Positions 35,534-44,798 are shown, counted from the stretch's first letter. The stretch is 59,788 bases of DNA from an archaeon (GCA_043821945.1 JBDRCH010000011.1:1-59788), one strand, 5' to 3'. Notes: a model not told the origin generated them from the sequence alone. Numbers and translations: made by a program.

Positions 35534-35834
35534 CTATTTTAATGCATTTAATCTATTTTGTTCTAAATTCAAATGTCCTCCAACGCTTTCAACAAAACCT
35601 TTTAAGACACTTTCACTTTCTTCTCCACAAGCAATAACCTCTACTCTTGAACCTTTTAAAACTGAGTCATAATTCTAATAATTCCTTTATTTTCATAACC
35701 AACATTAGGGGTAATATTTTTTAAATAAACTTTTCAAGATGGTCCTTCTTTAACCTAGCAATATAATCAATTAAATTACTTGCTGATATTGAATGAATTC
35801 TTTTATCAATTTCATAAATTTTTTTGCATTCCAT
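35534..35834 (-). pseudogene. Frameshifted gene remnant in three frames (about 100 codons)
   Basis: The reading runs MECKKIYEIDKRIHSISASNLIDYIARLKKDHLEKFI*, then YLKNITPNVGYENKGIIRIMTQF*, then (NYDSV)LKGSRVEVIACGEESESVLKGFVESVGGHLNLEQNRLNALK*. The first frame switch sits at an A6 run; the second lies between ATTATTAGAATTATG and the T4A4 run. Confidence 0.45.
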
Positions 35835-35839
35835 TTTAG

Positions 35840-35980
35840 TCACAACCTAATAAACCACAATACCCCAAAAGTCAATCCTCTTAATAAGAAATAAAGCCAA
35901 ATGTCAGAATTCTTAGGAGTAAACAAAATACTAAGAAGAAATAATCCTACTAAACTTTGAAGAACACTTTTTTTATTCAT
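35840..35980 (-). CDS. Small membrane protein (46 aa), hypothetical
   Basis: Hand translation gives MNKKSVLQSLVGLFLLSILFTPKNSDIWLYFLLRGLTFGVLWFIRL. The stop lies 5 nt before the remnant's ATG. Confidence 0.3.
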   Translation of the reverse strand: MNKKSVLQSLVGLFLLSILFTPKNSDIWLYFLLRGLTFGVLWFIRL

Positions 35981-36068
35981 AAGAGACAATTACATATTGG
36001 TATTTTTTAAAATTATTAAACTCCAGTTATATCTAGAAAAAGTTCAGTCTTAGCACACATAAAAATAA

Positions 36069-36362
36069 TTATCCAAATAGCGCACTAAGACCTTCTGCTG
36101 CAGCTTCTTTCTTTTCTTCTTTTGGTTTTGCTTCTTCTTTCTTTTCTTCTGCAGGAGCACTTCCTCCAGAGGGAGTAGCAGCAACCAAACTAGCACTTTC
36201 TAATTCTTTTGCTATGTCAACACCTTTCAAACTGGCAACAAGGGACTTTATTTTTGATTCATCAGTCTCTCCACCAGCAGCTACAACAACACTTTTCACA
36301 TTCCCTTCATTAATTTCTTTTCCGAGTTTGTGCAACAAAAGTGCTGCATATATATTTTCCAT
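36069..36362 (-). CDS. rpl12: Ribosomal stalk protein P1 (aP1, L12e)
   Basis: [22 protein letters not shown]..., an Ala/Glu/Lys hinge, and the conserved C-terminal EGLSALFG. Confidence 0.92.
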   Translation of the reverse strand: MENIYAALLLHKLGKEINEGNVKSVVVAAGGETDESKIKSLVASLKGVDIAKELESASLVAATPSGGSAPAEEKKEEAKPKEEKKEAAAEGLSALFG

Positions 36363-37240
36363 TATTTACTTTCCTCCTCAGTTTTATTTTCTGAAGTATC
36401 AATTTTTTCGCTTTCTTTTTTATCTTTTATTTTTTCTTCATTTCCATTTTTCTCTTTTGAAACATCATTTTCTTCAACAAACTTTTTCAAGACTTTTTCG
36501 TGCATTCCTGCTTTACTAATCAAGAACTTAATAGTATCTTCAGTTGCATAACCAATCTCAACAGCAAAAGGTAAGGCTTTTCCATAAGCTTGTTTTAATT
36601 TCTTTAATGTTCCTTCTGGATCAATTTCAATATTCAAATATAATATTCCTTCTCGAATGTCAAAACCTGAAAGTGGGATGAATCCAACTGAAAAAGGTTT
36701 AATGTCTAATTTACTCATTACATCTGCAGCATTCTGTGAGATTTTTGCACCTTTTTTTGCAATAATCCTTGGCTCTTTAATATTAATCTTCCCTTCTTTA
36801 ATTTCAATCTGAATTCCTAAAGACCCCAATTCACTAATTGCAGGTCCTGGAACTAAATCAGTTGGTCCTGCCTGAACTTCTATATCTTCTGGAGCTTCTT
36901 GGCCTGCTTTTGCTTTAGCCGGACTTTTACTCTTTAATAATTCTGAAGCAAGATCATATGAATCCAAATCAGAAAATAAAATTGCAACACTATCTTCAAT
37001 TTGGTCTTTAAGTTTTTTAAGATTTTCATTCTTCGAAGAATCAACTGCTCTAAAGATTAAATTTTTTTTAGGAACTTTAACTATTGCCTTACCCCTTATT
37101 TTCTTACTTATCTCTTGAAACTGCGAAGCAGGAAGATTCTTTATTGAGGCAATTAAAATTGTTTTTTTATTTTTTATTAAATCAGTTAAACTCTTTACAG
37201 TTTCTTTCTTAAACTCAGGAATAGGTGTTTCTCGCTTCAT
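36362..37240 (-). CDS. rplP0: Ribosomal stalk protein uL10 (P0)
   Basis: The N-terminal uL10 domain ([28 protein letters not shown]) lies between the uL1 and P1 genes. Confidence 0.88.
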   Translation of the reverse strand: MKRETPIPEFKKETVKSLTDLIKNKKTILIASIKNLPASQFQEISKKIRGKAIVKVPKKNLIFRAVDSSKNENLKKLKDQIEDSVAILFSDLDSYDLASELLKSKSPAKAKAGQEAPEDIEVQAGPTDLVPGPAISELGSLGIQIEIKEGKINIKEPRIIAKKGAKISQNAADVMSKLDIKPFSVGFIPLSGFDIREGILYLNIEIDPEGTLKKLKQAYGKALPFAVEIGYATEDTIKFLISKAGMHEKVLKKFVEENDVSKEKNGNEEKIKDKKESEKIDTSENKTEEESK

Positions 37241-37860
37241 TTTAAATTTATTTTAATAGGTTTAGTCATAGTGAATTTTAATTCAATATTTTTGAGGTTT
37301 TCTTTGCCCCTTGGCATTTCTTTCAAAATTGAATTATAAACAACATTGATATTTTCAAGAATTTCTTCGTCTTTCATACTTTGTTTTCCAATTGGGAGTT
37401 TAATGCTGGCTTCTTTTAATCTAATTTTAACACTTTTGTTTATTTTTTCTTTTATTTCTTTTATTTCTTTTTTATCAACATTCATCATAATTCCTAATTG
37501 AGGAGAAGGCATCTTCCCAGTAGGACCTAATATTCTCCCAAATGTGCTTGCAATCTTTGGCATTAAATTTGCCTGTGCAATAAAGAAATCAAATTTCTTG
37601 ACAATTTTTTTCATCTCTCTTTTGTCTGAATATTTTTTAAAGTCATTTGGAGTGATTGTTTCAATATCTTCATTTTTTGTTTCTAAAAATCCTGCAATTT
37701 TTTTGTCCTTAATTTTATGGGGAATTTTAACAAAAAAGTTTATTGAAGTCTTTTTAATGTCTAATTTTTGCAAATTAACAATCAAATCAACTGTTTGATC
37801 AAATTTTCTTTCCTTGCCTTTTCTCAGTTCATTTAAAGCATTTTTTAGTTGTTCTTTCAT
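37237..37860 (-). CDS. rpl1: Ribosomal protein uL1
   Basis: ERKFDQTVDLIVNL...FFIAQANLMPKIASTFGRILGPTGKMPSP. Confidence 0.92.
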   Translation of the reverse strand: MKEQLKNALNELRKGKERKFDQTVDLIVNLQKLDIKKTSINFFVKIPHKIKDKKIAGFLETKNEDIETITPNDFKKYSDKREMKKIVKKFDFFIAQANLMPKIASTFGRILGPTGKMPSPQLGIMMNVDKKEIKEIKEKINKSVKIRLKEASIKLPIGKQSMKDEEILENINVVYNSILKEMPRGKENLKNIELKFTMTKPIKINLK

Positions 37861-38081
37861 TTGGATTTCTCCTGGAATATGAGTGAGTGAAAAATCTTTG
37901 ATTTTACTCTAAGACCCCACCATTGTGTAATAACCTCCCACATTCTGCGTCACAGGCATAGAATTTATTCTGTAACGATATGGTTCAATCGGTTAGAAAT
38001 TTGAGAGAAGGGGGGTTTATAAGTTTTTGGTTCATCGCTCATCACAACAATCCTTAAAAAAATAAATTTTCTGTTTAGAAT

Positions 38082-38348
38082 ATGGATCTTAAAGAATATA
38101 TTAGTGGATTGAATTTGCATTTAACAAAATCCCCTATAGATAAATTAGAGAAAGCATTAATTGGTATAAGCTACAATGAAGATGGAAAAATAATGACTAT
38201 TATAAATTTTTTCGTAGAAAGAAAGCGTAAAGTCAGAGTTATAGACAATCAAGGAAATGTTTATATCAGGCCATTAGCAGATTATAAAGATTGTGAAATA
38301 ATTAAACTCCCAAAATACACAATAGAGAAAGAAGTAAGCAATAATTAA
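38082..38348 (+). CDS. Hypothetical protein (88 aa)
   Basis: Intact ORF with no motif. Confidence 0.4.
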   Translation: MDLKEYISGLNLHLTKSPIDKLEKALIGISYNEDGKIMTIINFFVERKRKVRVIDNQGNVYIRPLADYKDCEIIKLPKYTIEKEVSNN

Positions 38349-38388
38349 ACACAACAATTTTTAAAAACTTCTTTCTAATTATTTTAAA

Positions 38389-38739
38389 ATGGAACTTATA
38401 GCACTTCTCTCAACAGGAAAAGGAACATGGGCACAAGTTTCAGGACTCATGACTCATGGGGAATGGGAAAAAATAATCCTTCTCGGAGGAGATTTTGCAA
38501 AAGACTTCAAACATGAAAAAGAATTTGAATTCATAAAAATCGATTTAGATAAAAGAATAAAGGATTTGCGTGAAGAATTCTCACAAAAACTCAAAGGCAA
38601 AATTAATGGAATGGAAGTCGCACTTTCCCTTGCATCTGGCGACGGCAAAGAACACATGGCACTTGTCTCAGCATTAATTAACTTGCCAGTTGGAGTAAGA
38701 TTCGCAGCATTAACTAAGGAAGGTGTTATTGATCTGTGA
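38389..38739 (+). CDS. Hypothetical small alpha/beta protein (116 aa)
   Basis: Intact ORF. Gly-rich loops occur after hydrophobic strands (IALLSTGKGTW, LSLASGDGKEHMALVSA). Confidence 0.45.
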   Translation: MELIALLSTGKGTWAQVSGLMTHGEWEKIILLGGDFAKDFKHEKEFEFIKIDLDKRIKDLREEFSQKLKGKINGMEVALSLASGDGKEHMALVSALINLPVGVRFAALTKEGVIDL

Positions 38740-38740
38740 A

Positions 38741-39187
38741 ATGGTAATTAAATTAAATCCAAAAAAACATAGTGTTTTTGATGTTTTAACTTATGAATAC
38801 TCTTATTTCGATGAAGATTTTCTCAAAGAAGAAAGGCAATTTTCTGAATTAGATATTAATGATCTAAAAAGAGGATTAAGAATGGAAAAGCAAGGTTGGG
38901 GTTTTTTAGAACACAAAAATTGTATTTTATATAGAGAAAAACAATCTGATCTTATGAAAAGAACTTATTTTATTGTAGGTCCTTATGAACAGATTTTATC
39001 AACAGAGGATATTTTTAATATAACTTTAAAATTTGAAGATTCTCATTCTATTTTGTTAGCAGATGCAGGTAATTATTTTGGAATCTGCAAGAAATTCTTA
39101 GATGAAGCTCTTTTGAAAGAGCCGGAAGTTTCTAAATCTCCTCAATCCTCAACTCCCTCTCATCTCCCCCCAAAACAACAGCCCTAG
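38741..39187 (+). CDS. Hypothetical protein (148 aa)
   Basis: Likely start is ATG 38741 (the track uses GTG 38723). The S/P-rich C-terminal tail overlaps the convergent TYW1 3' end by 56 nt. Confidence 0.4.
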   Translation: MVIKLNPKKHSVFDVLTYEYSYFDEDFLKEERQFSELDINDLKRGLRMEKQGWGFLEHKNCILYREKQSDLMKRTYFIVGPYEQILSTEDIFNITLKFEDSHSILLADAGNYFGICKKFLDEALLKEPEVSKSPQSSTPSHLPPKQQP

Positions 39188-40109
39188 AATAATAATGTTC
39201 ATCTAAAATTTTCAAACCAGTTTCTTTACTTAATCTTTTTGCAAAATCCAAAACATCTTCATGCCAAGGCATCTTATCATAATCCAATCTTTCACGAGCA
39301 AAACCTACTGACATAAAACCCTTTAATTCAACAAACATTGGTTTACTCTTCTTAATCATTTCACTAAACTCTCTTATACAATTATTATTCATATTAAAAT
39401 CTTTAATTAAATTAATTCTAAAAACAATTCTACAAGATAAATCCTTAATTAAATCCAAACTTTCATTTAATTTTTTCCATGCATTTTCAATAGAACTTCT
39501 ATGAAATTTATCATACATTTTTTTATTAGGAGTATTTACAGAAATATATAACTGCGTCGGCAATTGGTTCTTTTCCTTCAATTCTTCAATCTTCTCAGGA
39601 TAAAGCCCATTTGTAACTAAAAAAGAAGTTTTCCCTCTTTTTCTTAATTCTTCAATCAATTCTCCAATTTGATCATAAATCATCGATTCCCCACTTAGGC
39701 TAATTGCAAATTGCATTGGTTCTTGTGCCGCTTTGTATTTTTTCATATCTGCTTTTGAAAGTTGTTTTTTTTCACTTTTAGAATCAATATTAAATCCAAG
39801 AAGCAATTTTCTTTGAGCTTTAATACACCCATCAATTATTTCTTTAGGAGAATCAGTTTTTTTTAATTCATCTCCAATTGTATGTTCAACTGCTCTCCAG
39901 CAATGAAGACACCTATTAGGACACCACATCACAGCAGGGCTCATCTGGCAACAAAGATGACTCTTAATTCCATAAAACTTTTCCTTGTAGCAAACACCCT
40001 CATTACGCAAGGATTTTTTAGTCCAACGGCAAATCTGCACTCCAGAATGATTCCCAACAGTTTCATAATGTTGTTTTTTCAAAATCTCTCTAACTTTTTC
40101 AGGTATCAT
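39132..40109 (-). CDS. taw1: tRNA 4-demethylwyosine synthase TYW1/Taw1 (radical SAM)
   Basis: N-terminal KKQHYETVGNHSGVQICRWTK, radical-SAM CPNRCLHCW, and ISLSGESMIY. Confidence 0.85.
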   Translation of the reverse strand: MIPEKVREILKKQHYETVGNHSGVQICRWTKKSLRNEGVCYKEKFYGIKSHLCCQMSPAVMWCPNRCLHCWRAVEHTIGDELKKTDSPKEIIDGCIKAQRKLLLGFNIDSKSEKKQLSKADMKKYKAAQEPMQFAISLSGESMIYDQIGELIEELRKRGKTSFLVTNGLYPEKIEELKEKNQLPTQLYISVNTPNKKMYDKFHRSSIENAWKKLNESLDLIKDLSCRIVFRINLIKDFNMNNNCIREFSEMIKKSKPMFVELKGFMSVGFARERLDYDKMPWHEDVLDFAKRLSKETGLKILDEHYYSRAVVLGGDERELRIEEI

Positions 40110-40307
40110 AAATCTAAGGACAAGAGAGAAGTTTTAAACATTTTGTAAGAAAGATTTTTAAGTAGAATTAAAATTAATCTTTCTATGGAACTAAAATATC
40201 CTCTTAATTTGTATAAAATATATCTAAGTCCAGCGTGTGTTTCAAGAATTACTGAATTAGAAAATTTTTTTCATTCATCTAAAGAGATTGCTAGGGAATG
40301 AAATAAT

Positions 40308-40574
40308 ATGAAATTGTCAATAAGAAAACCATCTGAACTTTTAGATTTTGAATTAATGAATATCTGCCATCGTTTTAATGAAGATTTTGAAAAAATTTCT
40401 TTTGTTCATGGATATTCAAAAAAACCAAAAGCTCAAAAAAAACTCCTCAAGAGATATAATAATTTAGGATTGTACCATAAATGCCTCCTAAAATTTATTG
40501 ATAAAAAAAATGTTTCTGAAAAATTCTTTCCAAGTGAATTAAGATTAGGTTTAAATAAATATTACTATCCTTGA
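40308..40574 (+). CDS. Hypothetical protein (88 aa)
   Basis: Intact ORF with no motif. The 3' end overlaps the convergent protease gene by 10 nt. Confidence 0.35.
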   Translation: MKLSIRKPSELLDFELMNICHRFNEDFEKISFVHGYSKKPKAQKKLLKRYNNLGLYHKCLLKFIDKKNVSEKFFPSELRLGLNKYYYP

Positions 40575-41992
40575 CCAACAAAACTAATCCCCCAAAATAC
40601 CATAAGCACTAACAACAAAAATAAAAAGAAATATGTTGAAACTTTGAAGAAATTCTTTGCTGTTTTTTCTTTTCCTGTTATTGATAAAATTGTTAAATAG
40701 AAAAACCTTCCTCCGTCGAAAATTCCCATAGGAAGCATATTAATCAAAGCCACACTAATACTAATCAAAACAATCCACCATAATAGATTATACACAAATT
40801 CACTCCACCCATTAAAATTAGGTTCATAATAAATGTGAGGATCTTTTGGAGCAAATAAACCAACTAATCTCCCAATTAAACCAGATCTCTCTTGGTCTGC
40901 AAAACCAATTCCTAAAAAAGGTAAATCTTTTCCAACAGGATTTTCATCAAGAACAACTTCAAAAACATCTTCACTTGTTTTTATTTTTATTTTTTCTCCA
41001 GGAGAATATCTTGATAATTCTTGCCTTAATTTTTCAAAACTATCTATTTTAACTTCATTAATTTCTGTAATTGCACCAACCAATTTAACATTAATTGCAG
41101 GCGAATCATCATATAAAATTATTTTCCCTTTTTCTGCAAATGATTTCATCCCAGGTTGCTCTAAAAAATCCTTTGATCCCAGATAGTTTCGATCATTTGT
41201 CCCAATTTTTACAAAACCTTCTTCATTTGCTAAATTTAAAATTTCTTCATAAGAAGGATTATTAACAATCATATTCCCTATCATTGTAATACTTGCAATT
41301 TCAACACTTGAATAAGTATAACTATCAAAAACAACACCTGAAGGAGCAAAGGCAATAGAAAAAAATCCTAATAAAATTATCAAAAATAAAATTGCTGTTA
41401 GCAAATTTGCGAATGTTCCTGCAGAAAGCACGGCCATTTGTTCAAAAATCCCTTTTTTATTCATGCTTTCTTCGTCTTGTTCAACAAATGCTGCTAAAAA
41501 CACAGGAAGAAAAAAAGGAAAAAATCCAAATCCTGTTGACTTTATTTTAATACCGTATCTTTTCATAAAAATTCCATGAGCAAATTCATGAGTTATTGCA
41601 ATTATTGCTAAGATTACAATCCAATAAGTAAAAAAGAAACTAGGGAGTCCTGGAACAATTTTGTCAATATAAGGAATAAGGGGCATTATTGGAGGCACTT
41701 TTATCATAGTCACAATATCAGGACGAAAGATATAGATCTTAAGAATAGTATAAATCAAATAAAAAATTCCTGCCATCAATAGATAGCCTAATCCAATTGA
41801 AAGATAACTTAAAACATTTAGTGTTTTTTTATACTTGCCACCAATATAATCAACCAATTTCATTCCTAATTTTGTTCTATATAAGTATAATAGCCCCTCT
41901 CTTTGAAGATTCTTCCTTCGAGTATAAAGAAAAACTGAAACAAATATAGCAAACAATATTAGCAGTATAACATCATAAATTACAAAATCCAT
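40565..41992 (-). CDS. Site-2 protease (M50 family) with PDZ-like insert
   Basis: HEFAHGIF (HExxH) in a TM helix and NMLPMGIFDGG (NxxPxxxxDG). The central soluble region is PDZ-like. Confidence 0.85.
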   Translation of the reverse strand: MDFVIYDVILLILFAIFVSVFLYTRRKNLQREGLLYLYRTKLGMKLVDYIGGKYKKTLNVLSYLSIGLGYLLMAGIFYLIYTILKIYIFRPDIVTMIKVPPIMPLIPYIDKIVPGLPSFFFTYWIVILAIIAITHEFAHGIFMKRYGIKIKSTGFGFFPFFLPVFLAAFVEQDEESMNKKGIFEQMAVLSAGTFANLLTAILFLIILLGFFSIAFAPSGVVFDSYTYSSVEIASITMIGNMIVNNPSYEEILNLANEEGFVKIGTNDRNYLGSKDFLEQPGMKSFAEKGKIILYDDSPAINVKLVGAITEINEVKIDSFEKLRQELSRYSPGEKIKIKTSEDVFEVVLDENPVGKDLPFLGIGFADQERSGLIGRLVGLFAPKDPHIYYEPNFNGWSEFVYNLLWWIVLISISVALINMLPMGIFDGGRFFYLTILSITGKEKTAKNFFKVSTYFFLFLLLVLMVFWGISFVGQG

Positions 41993-42002
41993 TATTTAAC
42001 AC

Positions 42003-42164
42003 CTATTTTTTCTTCAAAGGTCTAAATGCGTTTTTTTTGCACTTTCGGCATTTAACTTTTCCCTTTAAGATTGCTTGAGGATCTGCTTTAATTTTTGTCT
42101 GACATTTTTTACAAACAAATACATTTTTGAATAATCTATTTTGTGCTTCTGGTATTTTTGCCAT
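42003..42164 (-). CDS. rpl40e: Ribosomal protein eL40
   Basis: Hand translation gives MAKIPEAQNRLFKNVFVCKKCQTKIKADPQAILKGKVKCRKCKKNAFRPLKKK (53 aa, CxxC...CxxC). Below the ORF-track cut-off. Confidence 0.8.
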   Translation of the reverse strand: MAKIPEAQNRLFKNVFVCKKCQTKIKADPQAILKGKVKCRKCKKNAFRPLKKK

Positions 42165-42207
42165 TTTAGTATATTTTAATATCTTTTATAAATTTAATGA
42201 ATAAGGC

Positions 42208-42600
42208 TTACAACTTCCTTTTAATTATTTTAGTTCCTTCAACGTCCCAATATTCGCAGTTTCCGCCTTCTTTTAAACTATCGAAAACTTCTTTATCAGA
42301 ACATTCAATTTCAATTGTTTCAAATGTTTCAAGATCCATCACACTTGCTTTGCCTTCAGCTTTTGATAAAACCTGACCTTTTTTCTTATTGACTAAAGGA
42401 ACATCAAATCGATCATGCCCTGGAATTACAAAAACTTTTTTTGTGTCCCGAATAATCCCTTGAGCTTCAATTCGGCATTTTGAATGACCATGTTTGCCAG
42501 TTTTGCTAATGTCAATTTTTTTAACAGTAAAAGCCTCGCCATCAATAAGTATATTTGTACCTACTTTTACCTCTGTAGCACTAATTATTTTCAACACCAT
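42208..42600 (-). CDS. eif5a: Translation initiation factor 5A (aIF5A)
   Basis: Hypusination loop SKTGKHGHSKCR. Likely start is MVLKIISATEVKVG (ATG 42600). Confidence 0.9.
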   Translation of the reverse strand: MVLKIISATEVKVGTNILIDGEAFTVKKIDISKTGKHGHSKCRIEAQGIIRDTKKVFVIPGHDRFDVPLVNKKKGQVLSKAEGKASVMDLETFETIEIECSDKEVFDSLKEGGNCEYWDVEGTKIIKRKL

Positions 42601-42650
42601 AAAATATCCAAAAGAAATATATTTATAAACGTTTTTACTTAACAAATTTT

Positions 42651-43304
42651 ATGGCACTTCAAAAAAATGATTTTATTCAAATAGAATTTACTGGAAAAGT
42701 TAAAGATACAGGAGAAATTTTTGATTCAAATATAAAAGAAGACATAAAAAAATCTGGCTTGAAGACTCAATCAAAGTATTTTGTTTTTTGTTTAAGTCAA
42801 GGAATGTTTCTAAAAGGGATAGAAGATTTTTTAATTGGGAAGAATATTGGAAATTATGAAATCGAACTTGAGCCTCAAAAAGCTTTTGGGATTAGAGATC
42901 CTAAATTTGTACGAATGATTCCAATAAAAATATTCAATGAACAAAAATTAAATCCAATTCCAGGAACAGTTTTTAATTTTGATGGAAGAATAGCAAAGGT
43001 ACTGACTGTTTCGGGAGGAAGAGTAATGGTTGATTTTAATCACCCCCTTGCAGGAAAAAAGGTAATCTATAATGTGAATGTTTTAAAAAAAATAGAAGAC
43101 TTAAATGAAAAAATAAAATCGCTAATTTTATTTTTATTTAGAAAAGAATTTAAATTTGAAGTAAAAGATAAAGAATTAATTATACAAGTTGAAAAACATT
43201 ATTTGCAATTTGTGGAAATGTTCAAGGATAAATTTAAAGAAATTCTTGATTTAGATTTGAAAGTTAAAGAAATTCAAGAAGTGATTAAGGCTAGTATTGA
43301 ATGA
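42651..43304 (+). CDS. FKBP-type peptidyl-prolyl cis-trans isomerase (archaeal SlyD-like)
   Basis: IEFTGKVKDTGEIFDSN...VDFNHPLAGKKVIYNVNVL, with an inserted flap region and a C-terminal helical extension. Confidence 0.75.
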   Translation: MALQKNDFIQIEFTGKVKDTGEIFDSNIKEDIKKSGLKTQSKYFVFCLSQGMFLKGIEDFLIGKNIGNYEIELEPQKAFGIRDPKFVRMIPIKIFNEQKLNPIPGTVFNFDGRIAKVLTVSGGRVMVDFNHPLAGKKVIYNVNVLKKIEDLNEKIKSLILFLFRKEFKFEVKDKELIIQVEKHYLQFVEMFKDKFKEILDLDLKVKEIQEVIKASIE

Positions 43305-43390
43305 GAATCTTTAATATATGTTTACATTAGCAAATTATCTATTCTTTTAATTGCAACAATCCTTATAAATCAATACGAGTTATATTTACT

Positions 43391-44500
43391 ATGGAAGAGG
43401 TATATGATAGAGAAGACACAAGGATTATCTCTGATTTATCTCCTGAAATAAGAGATATTGATAGAGAATTAGCAGAACTTTTGCAAAAACAAACAGCTAA
43501 AATTAAGGTTATTGGAGTTGGTGGTGGTGGAGGAAATTCTTTGAGTAGAATGAGGGAAGTTGGAATTAAGGGAGGAGAGCTTATTGCAATAAACACAGAT
43601 GCTCAGGATTTATTATATGCTAATGCTGATCAAAAAATTCTTATTGGAAGAGAATTAACTCAAGGATTAGGGGCAGGAAGCAATCCAAGAGTTGGGCAAG
43701 AAGCAGCAAAAGAATCAGAATCAGAAATTAAGAAAAAAATTGCAGGAAGTGATATGATCTTTATAACTTGTGGATTAGGAGGAGGAACTGGAACAGGAGC
43801 AGCTCCAGTGGTTGCAGGATTAGCAAAAAAACAAAGTGCATTAACAATAGGAATTGTAACATTACCTTTCACAATTGAAGGAAGAAAAAGAATAGAAAAT
43901 GCAATGGAAGGTTTAGAGAGAATGGAGTCTGTTGTGGATACTTTAATTGTAATTCCTAATGATAAACTTCTTGAGTTAGCACCAGATTTACCTTTGCACA
44001 CAGCTTTTAAAATAGCTGATGAAATTCTCACTAATGCTGTTAAAGGAATAACAGAACTTGTAACAATGTCTGGTTTGGTTAACCTTGATTTTGCAGATAT
44101 AAAGGCTGTGATGGTTGATGGGGGAGTTTCACTAATTGGAATGGGAGAATCTGATACTGAGAATCGCGCATTAGATGCAGTAGAAAAAGCAGTTCAGAAT
44201 CCTCTTTTAGATGTTGATGTATCTAATGCGACAGGTGCTTTGGTAAACATCATAGGTGGTCCAAACATGAGCTTAGATGAATGCAAATCAGTTATAGAAT
44301 CAATTGGAAATAGATTAAATCCTGATGCAAAATTAATATGGGGAGCCCAGATTTCAGAAGACATGGAAAAATCAATAAGAGTTTTATTAATAGTAACAGG
44401 AGTAAAAAGTTCTCAAATTCTAGGCCACGGAGAATCAATTGAAAGCATGAAACACAAAGAAATCGAAGATGAATTGGGAATTGAGTTTTTTGAGTCATAA
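43391..44500 (+). CDS. ftsZ: Cell division GTPase FtsZ
   Basis: GVGGGGGN, the tubulin signature GLGGGTGTGAAPVVA, and NLDFADI. Confidence 0.95.
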   Translation: MEEVYDREDTRIISDLSPEIRDIDRELAELLQKQTAKIKVIGVGGGGGNSLSRMREVGIKGGELIAINTDAQDLLYANADQKILIGRELTQGLGAGSNPRVGQEAAKESESEIKKKIAGSDMIFITCGLGGGTGTGAAPVVAGLAKKQSALTIGIVTLPFTIEGRKRIENAMEGLERMESVVDTLIVIPNDKLLELAPDLPLHTAFKIADEILTNAVKGITELVTMSGLVNLDFADIKAVMVDGGVSLIGMGESDTENRALDAVEKAVQNPLLDVDVSNATGALVNIIGGPNMSLDECKSVIESIGNRLNPDAKLIWGAQISEDMEKSIRVLLIVTGVKSSQILGHGESIESMKHKEIEDELGIEFFES

Positions 44501-44502
44501 TC

Positions 44503-44745
44503 ATGTCAAGAAAAAATAATTATCATTTAAATAAAGATTCTACTGATCTCTTGGCAGAATATTTAAAGAGTCAAGGATATTATATTGAAAAAAAGTGGAA
44601 GCAATATCTTAATATTGGAATTTTAGCATTCTCAATTTCTGCATTCGCTTTTGCATTGGGTTATATTAACGGGTGTTCCAGTGAATTAAATAAAACCCCT
44701 TCTCTAGAAGAGACTATAAAAAACCCTTTGTATATAAAAAATTAG
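44503..44745 (+). CDS. Single-pass membrane protein (80 aa) coupled to ftsZ
   Basis: Starts 3 nt after the ftsZ stop. About 35 aa of charged N-terminus are followed by one TM helix ending in the lipobox-like INGC. Confidence 0.45.
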   Translation: MSRKNNYHLNKDSTDLLAEYLKSQGYYIEKKWKQYLNIGILAFSISAFAFALGYINGCSSELNKTPSLEETIKNPLYIKN

Positions 44746-44798
44746 ATGCAATTCAAATATAACTTAAAATTTAAAAACCCATGCTCTCTAATTAAATT

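Noticed and set aside
37861-38081. C/D-box sRNA in the uL1 upstream spacer.
   Set aside because: Only a degenerate AUGAGUGA is present, with no proper C (RUGAUGA) and D (CUGA) box pairing and no terminal stem. The region is kept only as a generic structured-leader candidate.
39132-39187. 56-nt convergent overlap between the 148-aa orphan and the TYW1 3' end.
   Set aside because: This is probably just run-on of the orphan's S/P-rich tail to the first available stop. It does not look like a regulatory feature.
40185-40301. 38-aa ORF (MELKYPLNLYKIYLSPACVSRITELENFFHSSKEIARE) upstream of the 40308 gene.
   Set aside because: It is too short, has no motif, and is not in frame with the downstream ORF. 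It cannot be supported from sequence alone.
43660-44031. 123-aa antisense ORF inside ftsZ. Similar antisense ORFs occur inside deoA (31377..31736, 31749..32165), uL11 (45773..46057, 46058..46327), the S-layer gene and secY.
   Set aside because: They lie opposite confidently identified genes and have skewed, low-complexity composition with no motifs. Long antisense frames of this kind are expected by chance in AT-rich DNA.
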